Origin: an uncultured Bacteroidota bacterium
GTDB taxonomy: Bacteria > Bacteroidota > Bacteroidia > Bacteroidales > VadinHA17
Assembly (NCBI GenBank): GCA_903844815.1
Contig: CAIMVD010000101.1
Coordinates: forward strand, 4,220 to 68,219
DNA length: 64,000 nucleotides
Reading direction: 5' to 3'
In this document: positions 25,901-33,548 of the stretch, piece after piece
Layout: each line of letters opens with the position of its first letter
Position numbering within the stretch: position 1 is the stretch's first letter
Made by a program: the position numbers and the translations under genes
Notes under the pieces: generated by a model
Seen by the model: the letters and a program-made list of their open reading frames with translations, nothing else
Told to the model about the DNA's origin: nothing
Databases searched by the model: none

Positions 25901-27321
25901 TTTCCTTCAATTCCTGTAAGAGCCATGATCGGAAGATAGACTATCAGTATTATTATCTGTCCGAAGGTTGCCGAGCTCATCATCCTCTTTGCAGAACCCA
26001 GAACGTTTTCATCCATCTGTTCCTGAGTAAGTTTCGGAACACCTGATTGCATATTTCCCTGATAAATCCGGTAGACAACACTCTCCACAATAATCACTGC
26101 ACCATCAACTATAAGTCCGAAATCAATGGCTCCAAGGCTCATGAGGTTTCCTGAAACGCCAAAAATATTCATCAACGAAACTGCAAAAAGCATAGAAAGA
26201 GGGATTACTGAAGCCACGATCAGGCCGGCCCTGACATTTCCAAGCATAATTACCAGGATGAAAATCACAATAAGGGCACCTTCGATGAGGTTTCTTGAGA
26301 CAGTGCCAATAGCTCTTCCCACAAGGTCGGATCTGTTAAGATAAGGTTCAATTTTGACCTTGTCGGGCAGGGATTTCTGAATTGAGGCAATCTTTGATTC
26401 AACGTTATCGATGACCTGATGGGCGTTAGCCCCCTTAAGCATCATCACAACCCCGCCCACTGCTTCGGTTGTATCGACTACAAAGGCTCCGTAACGTATG
26501 GCACTTCCGAACTGAACCGTAGCTACATCACCTATGAGAACAGGGATACCGCCATCTCCCGTTTTTACAACAATTTTTTCAACGTCTGAGAGGGTTTTGA
26601 CGAGCCCTATCCCCCGGATAAAATAAGCAGCCGGTTTTTTGTCGATATAGGCGCTTCCCGTATTTTCATTATTCTTTTCAAGTGCATTGAAAATATCGGT
26701 AAGTGAAAGGTTCATTGCCCTAAGCCTCTCAGGATTTACTGCAATTTCATATTGCTTTACAAATCCTCCGTAACTGTTTATATCAGCTACACCTGGTGTT
26801 CCGAGCATTTCGCGCCTGACAACCCAATCCTGGAGCGTCCGAAGCTCCATAGGATCATATTCCTTCTCAAAGCCCTTTTCAACGGCAAGCCGGTACTGGA
26901 ATATCTCACCCAGTCCCGAGGATATTGGCGCAAGTGAAATCTGTGCGAGTTTTGAAGGGATCTGTTCCTCCGCTTCCCTGATCCTCTCATTAAGCTGCTG
27001 CCGTGCCCAATAGACGTCAACATTATCTTTGAAAACAACAGTTACAACCGATAGTCCCAGACGGGAAATAGATCTGAGCTCAACAATATCCGGAATACTG
27101 GCTACTGAAACCTCAAGAGGAGCCGTAATAAAACTCTCCACTTCCTGAACAGCGAGTGATGGAGCTAGTGAAATTATCTGGACCTGATTATTTGTTACAT
27201 CAGGAATTGCATCCACCGGCAGCCTGGTCAGGGAATACGTTCCCCAGCCAATAAGCACCAGAGTAAAAAGGATTATTATGAACTTATTCCTTACTGAAAA
27301 AGTGATGATACTATCTATCAT
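22933..27321 (-). CDS. czcA: CusA/CzcA heavy-metal RND transporter fused to a C-terminal TolC-like domain
   Basis: DAIPDVTNNQVQI, GAIDFGLIVDGAVIIVE and RLRPVIMTA motifs, then about 420 aa of outer-membrane-efflux-like sequence. Confidence 0.95.
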   Translation of the reverse strand: MIDSIITFSVRNKFIIILFTLVLIGWGTYSLTRLPVDAIPDVTNNQVQIISLAPSLAVQEVESFITAPLEVSVASIPDIVELRSISRLGLSVVTVVFKDNVDVYWARQQLNERIREAEEQIPSKLAQISLAPISSGLGEIFQYRLAVEKGFEKEYDPMELRTLQDWVVRREMLGTPGVADINSYGGFVKQYEIAVNPERLRAMNLSLTDIFNALEKNNENTGSAYIDKKPAAYFIRGIGLVKTLSDVEKIVVKTGDGGIPVLIGDVATVQFGSAIRYGAFVVDTTEAVGGVVMMLKGANAHQVIDNVESKIASIQKSLPDKVKIEPYLNRSDLVGRAIGTVSRNLIEGALIVIFILVIMLGNVRAGLIVASVIPLSMLFAVSLMNIFGVSGNLMSLGAIDFGLIVDGAVIIVESVVYRIYQGNMQSGVPKLTQEQMDENVLGSAKRMMSSATFGQIIILIVYLPIMALTGIEGKMFRPMAEVVTFALIGAAILSLTYVPMASALFLSKKTEHRTNFSDKLMEGIIKVFNPLIGFALRRKLLITITSLALFVFSIFLFTRLGGEFIPQLEEGDLASGVMTLQGGSLTNTVDKVIMANRILLENFPEVKHAVCKIGAGEIPTDPTPMETGDYIITLKDKSEWVSATTREELVSKMEEKLVVLAGVKFEFQQPIQMRFNELMTGSKQDIAIKIFGDDLLTLSSEAAEVEKIISNVKGVEDINVEKVTGLAQIQVEYDRSRLAQYGISVEDVNNILRAAIAGSQAGIVFDGEKRFGLVVRLDKDYRQSLDDIRNLAVTIAGGRQVPLDQLALISIKSGPAQVSREDTRRRITIGFNVRNRDVKSVIADVSAQIDEKIKLPTGYYITYGGEYKNLEAAQKRLAIAVPVALLLIFLLLYFTFHSVTETMLIFSAVPMSAIGGVFALWLRGMNFSISAGVGFIALFGVAVLNGIVLIAEFNRLEKEGISDITERVMKGLHSRLRPVIMTAAVASLGFLPMALSTSAGAEVQKPLATVVIGGLISATLLTLFILPLFYIFFSGTKKNRKVKRTQGSNIILIFLMLTGGTMINPAYGQNVRKIGIKEAIQTALDSNLTVRSAAYSVEAVKALKGTSVDLPKTSIDGQYGQFNSLNNDNSFTVSQSFSFPTVYINKSKLNSANVKSSEWKYEATRLDIASQVKQTYWQYVYLAAKKKLLVYQDSLYSGFSRAAELRASSGETNKLEMMTARSQSLEVNNQLFQVSSDLVILSRKLAILLKSSMLVQPDENSLQRIKVVIASDSMVVSNNPMLGYMKQKAEVSRIEKKLERSQMLPDLSLGYFTQTIIGTQEVNGNPQSFGNGYRFSGLQAGISVPIWFPPFMARAKAAKINERVAMTDADEYARQTEGNYLNLLDELSKYTSTVGFYEKQAVPEADIIVDQAARSYKAGALDYLEYVLTLNRALGVRQSYIDAINNYNQTIISIDYITGKIY

Positions 27322-27322
27322 T

Positions 27323-27344
27323 ATCTGTGAAATATTTAACAGAT
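27323..27344. promoter_or_regulatory. 22-bp near-perfect palindrome abutting the czcA start codon
   Basis: atctgtgaaatatttaacagat is 20/22 self-complementary and lies 1 nt from the ATG. Confidence 0.5.
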
Positions 27345-27405
27345 GAAAATTATATATTCAATTTTAATCAGGTGTTATTTGAAAAGCAGGTTCGTCAGAT
27401 TTCTT

Positions 27406-27501
27406 CCTTAGTGTCCTTACCGTATTCCTTAGTGCCCTTTGTGTTAAAAAAGATGTAATTAAACACGAAGGGCTCAAAGGTCTAAAAGAAAGGACACACA
27501 G
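27406..27501. repeat. REP-like hairpin with four 9-nt units in the left arm and a degenerate right arm
   Basis: Left arm ccttagtgt ccttaccgt att ccttagtgc cctttgtgt; right arm acacgaagg gctcaaagg tct aaaagaaagg acac. Confidence 0.7.
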
Positions 27502-27570
27502 TCCGATAGAAGTACTTATTCAAAACCAGTGAAGTGGGACTATGAAAGCAAATGAATAGTATTGCTATAG

Positions 27571-27963
27571 TCAGCCTAATACGGGCGGAGCCCTGAATGG
27601 AGAAAGTTCAAGAAGGTGTGATACCGGCAGATGCTCGGGTAATACAAGAATGTTATAGGAATGAAGGTATAATTCAGAAGTATTTGTCGGAGCAATTTCT
27701 TCCCTGAGAAAATAAACGTATCTGAAATTAAAGAAGAAGGTATAAATCAGTGCCTTTTCGGAGGCAAGGTCATTTAATGCGTGACAGTGACCAGGGAATC
27801 TTGAATGATTATCAGATTCATGACCCGATGCAGGACAGGACACTTCTCTGCTTCCAAATGATTCCGGGGAATGGTGGTCGTGAGGAATGACAGAATGAGC
27901 AGTTAGTAGAATCCAGGCTGCCCAGAGAAATAAGACCGATACTTTGGAACTGATCTTTTTCAT
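27571..27963 (-). CDS. His/Cys-rich small protein with N-terminal signal/TM segment and C-terminal RAPP motif (DUF2946/CutF/CruR-like leader candidate)
   Basis: MKK…hydrophobic…HSVIPHDHH…C…H…H…GHCH…PFRAPPVLG*; first gene of the czc unit. Confidence 0.75.
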   Translation of the reverse strand: MKKISSKVSVLFLWAAWILLTAHSVIPHDHHSPESFGSREVSCPASGHESDNHSRFPGHCHALNDLASEKALIYTFFFNFRYVYFLREEIAPTNTSELYLHSYNILVLPEHLPVSHLLELSPFRAPPVLG

Positions 27964-27996
27964 GTTTTAAAATGATCTATCCTGCTTTTCGATCAG

Positions 27997-28004
27997 CAAA
28001 TATA
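27997..28004 (-). promoter_or_regulatory. Bacteroidota -7 promoter element for the RAPP-leader/czc unit
   Basis: TATATTTG on the minus strand, about 34 nt upstream of the start at 27963. Confidence 0.5.
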
Positions 28005-28162
28005 GAAAATTATCAGATAAAAAGTTGATTTTGCAATTTCTGCCAACAATTCTTCATTCCTTTGCTCAATAAAACCACGAACTTATACGGTTAAAACAAC
28101 TCACTAAAATAAATGTTCCCTTTAATACCGGATATAAAACGTAAAAGATTAAAATAATTACA

Positions 28163-28819
28163 TTGAATAAGATAATATTGACATCCGACGGCTCGCACAC
28201 GATTTTTGTGCCGGAATTAGATGAGCATTACCATTCCATTCACGGGGCAGTTCAGGAATCAGAATTCATATTTGTCAGAACCGGTTTCGAAACCTGCAAT
28301 ACGAATCCGGTAAACATATTTGAAGCTGGTTTCGGAACAGGCCTCAATGCACTTTTAACTGCCATTAAAAGCATGAAAGGCGAAAGGGAAGTCTTTTATA
28401 CTTCAATTGAAAAGTATCCGTTACCGGAAGATATTACAAATTCTCTCAATTATAATCTTTTTACATCAGATGAGGACAGCAGCCTTTTCAGGCTTATTCA
28501 TTCCGCTCCCTGGAATACAAGCGTAAGGATCTGCAGGAATTTCAATCTTTTAAAAATCGAAGGAGATTTAACTTTATTTTCGTTTCCGGGAATGTACGAC
28601 CTGATCTATTTCGATGCTTTCGGGCCTGACAAACAGCCTGAAATGTGGTCGGCGGATGTATTTGCTTCTATTGGATCAGTAACTGTGAAAGGCGGAATCT
28701 TCGTAACATACTCTGCAAAAGGTGATGTAAAAAGGAAATTGCGAGCCTCAGGTTTTGAGGTCAGATTGTTGCCAGGGCCCCCGGGGAAGAGACAAATAAT
28801 CAGAGCAGTGAAAATTTAA
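28163..28819 (+). CDS. mnmD: tRNA mnm5s2U34 methyltransferase MnmD
   Basis: DGSHT, HYHSIHGAVQES, EAGFGTGLN, YFDAF…PEMW and GPPGKR. Confidence 0.9.
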   Translation: MNKIILTSDGSHTIFVPELDEHYHSIHGAVQESEFIFVRTGFETCNTNPVNIFEAGFGTGLNALLTAIKSMKGEREVFYTSIEKYPLPEDITNSLNYNLFTSDEDSSLFRLIHSAPWNTSVRICRNFNLLKIEGDLTLFSFPGMYDLIYFDAFGPDKQPEMWSADVFASIGSVTVKGGIFVTYSAKGDVKRKLRASGFEVRLLPGPPGKRQIIRAVKI

Positions 28820-28859
28820 ATTTTATTTTTAACCATGGTTTTTGCTTTCACTAAAGTAT

Positions 28860-28867
28860 TATCTTTG
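28860..28867 (+). promoter_or_regulatory. Bacteroidota -7 promoter element
   Basis: TATCTTTG with an upstream TTTG at 28841-28844, ahead of the FKBP gene. Confidence 0.6.
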
Positions 28868-28887
28868 GGCAAATTTTAAAATTAAAA

Positions 28888-29610
28888 ATGTTTAGTATGA
28901 AAATCAAAGTAGCTATTGTAATGACAAGTGTAGCAGCCTTATTGCTCAGCTCATGCGGAAATAATGCTGTTAAAAATGCAAAAATCCAGACTAAGGAAGA
29001 TTCACTCTCGTATGCTTTTGGTATTGTTAACTATAACGCGCTTAAAACAGATAGTCTAACTCTCGACCCAATGATTGTTGCAAAAGCGATGCTTGACGGA
29101 AAAGCTGAGAAGGCTGTCATGACGGACGATGTAGCGCGTAATTTCATAATGGGATTTATCAATAAAAGAGAAGCTGTTAAAAAAGAAAAACAGGCTGAAC
29201 TTGATAAAGTAACCTTCAAGGAATATATTGATCAGAATGAGGCTTTCCTTGCAAAAAATAAGGAAAAATCAGGTGTTACAGTTACTCCAAGCGGACTTCA
29301 ATATGAGGTTGTCAAAATGGGTACCGGAGCAAAACCAACCGCAGAGAACACTGTTAAAGTTCATTATGTCGGAACACTTATCGATGGAACCGAATTTGAC
29401 TCATCTGTCGCAAGGAATGAGCCAGCAACATTTCCCGTTTCAGGTGTTATTCCAGGATGGACAGAGGCTCTTCAGCTTATGCCTGTAGGATCAAAATTCA
29501 GAATCTGCCTTCCTGAGTCGATTTCTTACGGAGCACAGGGTGCCGGCGACAAGATTAAACCTTATTCAACCCTTATTTTCGAAGTAGAGCTTCTTGAAAT
29601 CGTTCAGTAA
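28888..29610 (+). CDS. FKBP-type peptidyl-prolyl isomerase (Mip/FkpA-like lipoprotein)
   Basis: Lipobox [34 protein letters not shown] and [12 protein letters not shown]. Confidence 0.95.
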   Translation: MFSMKIKVAIVMTSVAALLLSSCGNNAVKNAKIQTKEDSLSYAFGIVNYNALKTDSLTLDPMIVAKAMLDGKAEKAVMTDDVARNFIMGFINKREAVKKEKQAELDKVTFKEYIDQNEAFLAKNKEKSGVTVTPSGLQYEVVKMGTGAKPTAENTVKVHYVGTLIDGTEFDSSVARNEPATFPVSGVIPGWTEALQLMPVGSKFRICLPESISYGAQGAGDKIKPYSTLIFEVELLEIVQ

Positions 29611-29611
29611 T

Positions 29612-30070
29612 ATGACAACTGCAGAAATTCAGACGCCAAAAGGCACAATGAAGGTCAGCTTTTTTGCTGAGGATGCCCCGAATACTGTCGCAAATTTCAT
29701 CAAGCTTGCTAAAAGCGGTTATTACGACGGACTGGCTTTTCACAGAGTAATCCCTGATTTCGTAATCCAGGGCGGATGTCCTTTTTCAAAAGATATGAGC
29801 GACCCGAAAGTCGGAACAGGTGGCCCTGGTTATAAGATTAACTGCGAACTAAACGGAGGCAACCAATATCACGACAAGGGAGTCCTTTCAATGGCCCATG
29901 CCGGAAGAAATTCAGGAGGATCACAGTTTTTCATCTGCCATAGCCGCACTAACACAAAACACCTTGACAGGCAGCATACCTGCTTTGGCAAAGTTTATGA
30001 AGGCCTCGATGTGATTGATCTGATACGTCAGGGCGATAAAATCGAAAAAATAACCATCAACGAAGAATAG
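29612..30070 (+). CDS. Cyclophilin-type peptidyl-prolyl isomerase
   Basis: [28 protein letters not shown] and HTCFG. ATG at 29612, one nt after the FKBP stop. Confidence 0.95.
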   Translation: MTTAEIQTPKGTMKVSFFAEDAPNTVANFIKLAKSGYYDGLAFHRVIPDFVIQGGCPFSKDMSDPKVGTGGPGYKINCELNGGNQYHDKGVLSMAHAGRNSGGSQFFICHSRTNTKHLDRQHTCFGKVYEGLDVIDLIRQGDKIEKITINEE

Positions 30071-30076
30071 ACTGAA

Positions 30077-30457
30077 ATGGCATTTGAGATTACCGGCAAA
30101 GTTATTGATATCGCACCCGTAAACCAGGTAAGCGATAAATTCAAGAAGCGCGAGTTCGTTATTGAAAAGAAAGAGACCGGCGGAAGCGCTGTTTTTATTG
30201 ACTACATTAAATTCCAGCTGATACAGGATAAATGTGACCTTATCAACGAATCATTCATGAATGAGGAGATCAAGATCTGGTTCAACCTTAAAGGAAACAA
30301 GTGGGAACGTGACGGTAAAATAAATTACTTCACTAACCTCGATGCCTGGAAAATAGAAAAACTGTCGGCTCAGAACCGGGAACAAATCAGCTCTTCAAAG
30401 CCTTCTTTTGAAGACACTCCTCCCGAAATTGATGATATGAGCGACCTTCCGTTCTAA
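30077..30457 (+). CDS. DUF3127 OB-fold protein with an SSB-like acidic tail
   Basis: FKKREFVI, FNLKGNKW, YFTNLDAWKI and C-terminal DDMSDLPF. Confidence 0.88.
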   Translation: MAFEITGKVIDIAPVNQVSDKFKKREFVIEKKETGGSAVFIDYIKFQLIQDKCDLINESFMNEEIKIWFNLKGNKWERDGKINYFTNLDAWKIEKLSAQNREQISSSKPSFEDTPPEIDDMSDLPF

Positions 30458-30470
30458 GAAAAATGCATAA

Positions 30471-30503
30471 AAAAAGGCTGTCTGATTTCAGGACAGCCTT
30501 TTT
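30471..30503 (+). terminator. Intrinsic terminator (potentially bidirectional)
   Basis: aaaaaggctgtc-loop-gacagccttttt. Confidence 0.85.
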
Positions 30504-30538
30504 ATTTTAAATTGCAGTCTGGGTATAAATGTACAAAG

Positions 30539-30615
30539 AGGCTACAGGCTACAGGCTACAGGCTACAGGCTACAGGCTACAGGCTACAGGCTGCAGAGCG
30601 CAGGCACCAGGCAAC
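30539..30615 (+). repeat. Heptamer tandem array (AGGCTAC x7 plus 4 degenerate copies)
   Basis: Seven perfect units at 30539-30587, then aggctgc agagcgc aggcacc aggcaac. Confidence 0.95.
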
Positions 30616-30679
30616 TTGCCAATACATTGAGGATTTCGCTTTTGTTTTGATCTTTAGTTAATTATAATAACATATTGAA

Positions 30680-33331
30680 ATGAAGTATTTAAATATAGCT
30701 CTGTTTTTATTGCTGAGCCTGGCAGTTTGCGCTCAGGAAAAATCATCTTCTGCCACAAAAAATGCCAGACAGGTACAGCTTACTTATAACAGACTCATTC
30801 AGCCTGCCGGAACCCAGATTTTCTTTGGACTGGACAACCTGGAGAATCATGCTATGGATGCAGCCTTGTCAACCGACGGCAAGTGGCTTGCAGTGGAAGA
30901 AAGATTTAGCATTGTCTTTATCAGTACTGTCGAAAATACTGTGAAATACCGACTTCCCGTAAACATTGATACTACCCTCAAGGGAGGTGCCAATACCTAT
31001 TCCGGAATAGTCTGGCATAACGGAAATGAAGGCCCTGAGGTTTACTGGAGTATGACTGGTGCTAACAGAAGGTCTTTCGTTGTTTCTGCAAAATGGACAG
31101 GAGAGAGAGCTGAAATCAATAAGATAATTGAATACAAACCTGATTTAGTCTCAAAAATTGCTCTTCCGAATGAGATTCTCATCACGGAAGAATCTCAAAA
31201 GGAATATCTGTACGTCGTTTTGAATGGAAATAACAATCTGATAAAACAGGATCTTAATACAGGCGAAATCATATGGATCGCCAATCCGGGAGTAGCACCC
31301 TACGGGATTACGATGGCTTCCGGAAAACTTTATGTGACCAACTGGGCCGGGAGAATACCTGAAGCCGGAGATGTTGAGGTTGCAGGTATTCCTTGGGGAT
31401 CAGCCAGAGTTAACAACAAGACGGGAGGCGGCACAAGAGAAGGCAGCGTGGCAGTAATTAACCCTGCTGACGGCAAAATTATCAAGGAGATAATTGTGGG
31501 TCTGCACCCTAACGATATAGTCTCTGATCCTGCCGGAAAGTTTGTTTATCTTACAAATTCGAACAGTGACAATGTTTCAGTTATTAATACTGAAAAAGAC
31601 CGGGTCACAGAGACAATCAATGTCCGGTTACAACCGAAAATAAACCCTTTTTTCGGAGACTCTCCCAACGGACTTGCCCTGTCAGAAGATGGAAAGACCC
31701 TTTATGTAGCAAACGGGATGGACAATGCCGTCGCTGTTATAGAGCTGGGCAAAAACTCCGCACTGAACTCGGCAATTGGGAAAAGCAGGATTATAGGCTT
31801 CATCCCTACAGGTGCCTACCCGTCTGCAATAAGTATTCTGAACTCTGATATTATGTACGTCTGCAATCTCGAAGCATCAGGAGCAAGAGTTGGTCTCAAA
31901 AACGAAAGCACTACAAATACGGTTTACAATTCTCACAATATGCTTGCTTCTGTTTCGGTAATTCCGCTGCCCGGGAAGAAGGCGCTAAAGGCCTATACCG
32001 ATACGGTTATTGCCGTAAATGACCTTTCAAGGGCCGCGGCATCACTGGAAAAACCCGATATGACAGCTCCAATGAAGGCTGTACCCGACAGGATTGGAGA
32101 ACCCTCCTTTTTTAAACATGTTGTGTATATAATTAAAGAAAACCGGACTTATGACCAGGTCCTTGGCGACATGAAACAAGGCGACGGAGATCCTGGTCTT
32201 TGCATTTACGGAGAAGAGATTACTCCCAACATCCATAAGCTCGCCAGTGAATTTATGCTCCTTGACAATTTCCATGTATCGGGAAAATGTTCTGCCGAAG
32301 GCCATCAGTGGACCGATGCATCAATAGTAACCGATTATATCGAAAAGAATATGAGGGTCTGGTTCAGAAGCTATCCTCATGTTCAGGAAGATGCCCTGGT
32401 ATATGCACCCACCGGATTTATCTGGGACAACGCGTTAAAACATGGTAAATCAGCCAGGATATATGGAGAAGCCTCTGTGCCTGTTATGGATAAAGAATAT
32501 AAATGGATAGATATTTACAATAAATATAAAAGCGGTGAAAAGGTGGAATTCACAAATCAAACTACAATTGAACCCGTTAAAAAGATCCTTAGCCAAACCT
32601 ATCCATCATATGGAAACCACGAATTCTCCGATGCAATGCGCGCCGATGCCCTGATTAAGGAATTGAACGGCTTTGAAGCACTTGAAGGTGACCAGCTTCC
32701 GGAACTGATGGTTGTTGCCCTCCCAAACGATCATACTGCCGGAATGAAACCCGGCTATCCAACCCCAAGAGCAATGGTTGCCGACAACGACTACTCACTG
32801 GGACGTATTGTAGAAGCTTTTTCAAAAAGCAGGTTCTGGGAAAACACAGTCATTTTCGTTGTTGAAGATGATTCACAGGGCGGATGGGACCATGTTTCAG
32901 CCTACCGGACAGTAAGCCTTGTATTGAGCCCATATTCCAGAATGAAAACTGTAAACCATTCATATTACACTCAGCCGTCAATGGTAAGAACCATCGAACA
33001 GATCCTCGGACTTCCTCCTATGAACGTTCAGGATGCTATCGCTAATCCAATGACCGACTGTTTCGGAGCAGTAAAAGATCTTACTCCCTACACTGCAATC
33101 CCGAATAAAATCCCGATTGATGAAGTGACTCCTCCTCTGGCCTCATTAACCGGTAAAGCCCTCCATTTTGCAAAAAAAAGCATGTTGCCTGAGTTCAATG
33201 GTGTCGATTCAGGTGACGATGATCTGCTTAACAGAATCCTTTGGTACTCAGCGAAAGGCAATATCCCCTACCCCTCCAAATATGCAGGAAAAGCTGAAGA
33301 AGAGGAAGAGGAAAATCCTATCACTAAATGA
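30680..33331 (+). CDS. Secreted YVTN/YncE beta-propeller plus phosphoesterase (alkaline-phosphatase superfamily) protein
   Basis: Signal peptide; VGLHP, SPNGLALS and IPTGAYP propeller repeats; YIIKENRTYDQVLGD, SAEGH, LPNDH, EDDSQGGWDHV. Confidence 0.88.
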   Translation: MKYLNIALFLLLSLAVCAQEKSSSATKNARQVQLTYNRLIQPAGTQIFFGLDNLENHAMDAALSTDGKWLAVEERFSIVFISTVENTVKYRLPVNIDTTLKGGANTYSGIVWHNGNEGPEVYWSMTGANRRSFVVSAKWTGERAEINKIIEYKPDLVSKIALPNEILITEESQKEYLYVVLNGNNNLIKQDLNTGEIIWIANPGVAPYGITMASGKLYVTNWAGRIPEAGDVEVAGIPWGSARVNNKTGGGTREGSVAVINPADGKIIKEIIVGLHPNDIVSDPAGKFVYLTNSNSDNVSVINTEKDRVTETINVRLQPKINPFFGDSPNGLALSEDGKTLYVANGMDNAVAVIELGKNSALNSAIGKSRIIGFIPTGAYPSAISILNSDIMYVCNLEASGARVGLKNESTTNTVYNSHNMLASVSVIPLPGKKALKAYTDTVIAVNDLSRAAASLEKPDMTAPMKAVPDRIGEPSFFKHVVYIIKENRTYDQVLGDMKQGDGDPGLCIYGEEITPNIHKLASEFMLLDNFHVSGKCSAEGHQWTDASIVTDYIEKNMRVWFRSYPHVQEDALVYAPTGFIWDNALKHGKSARIYGEASVPVMDKEYKWIDIYNKYKSGEKVEFTNQTTIEPVKKILSQTYPSYGNHEFSDAMRADALIKELNGFEALEGDQLPELMVVALPNDHTAGMKPGYPTPRAMVADNDYSLGRIVEAFSKSRFWENTVIFVVEDDSQGGWDHVSAYRTVSLVLSPYSRMKTVNHSYYTQPSMVRTIEQILGLPPMNVQDAIANPMTDCFGAVKDLTPYTAIPNKIPIDEVTPPLASLTGKALHFAKKSMLPEFNGVDSGDDDLLNRILWYSAKGNIPYPSKYAGKAEEEEEENPITK

Positions 33332-33353
33332 ATTTGTTTTTTTAAAGAGTTCG

Positions 33354-33544
33354 GAGTGTCTAGAGTGCCTAAATTGCCTAAAGTTATAATATTAAACACT
33401 TTAGACACTCTAAACACTCTTAACACTCTAGACACTCTAGACACTTTTGGCACTTTAGACACTTTAGACACTCTAGACACTTTAGACACTCTAGACACTC
33501 TAGACACTTTATACACTCTAGCCACTCTAGCCACTTATACCACT
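33354..33544. repeat. 9-mer tandem array (consensus YTAGACACT x17) preceded by three inverted copies
   Basis: Seventeen contiguous 9-nt units at 33392-33544. Inverted gagtgtcta/gagtgccta/aattgccta at 33354-33380. Confidence 0.95.
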
Positions 33545-33548
33545 TTAA

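Noticed and set aside
22933-27321. CzcA-TolC fusion as a novelty
   Set aside because: This fusion is the usual form of heavy-metal RND pumps in Bacteroidota.
28888-30457. Adjacent FKBP, cyclophilin and DUF3127 genes as a special system
   Set aside because: These are ordinary housekeeping genes; nothing in the sequence indicates more than operonic clustering.
33385-33390. TATAAT in the loop between the inverted and direct 9-mers
   Set aside because: Bacteroidota primary promoters use TAnnTTTG, and the hexamer is expected by chance in AT-rich DNA.
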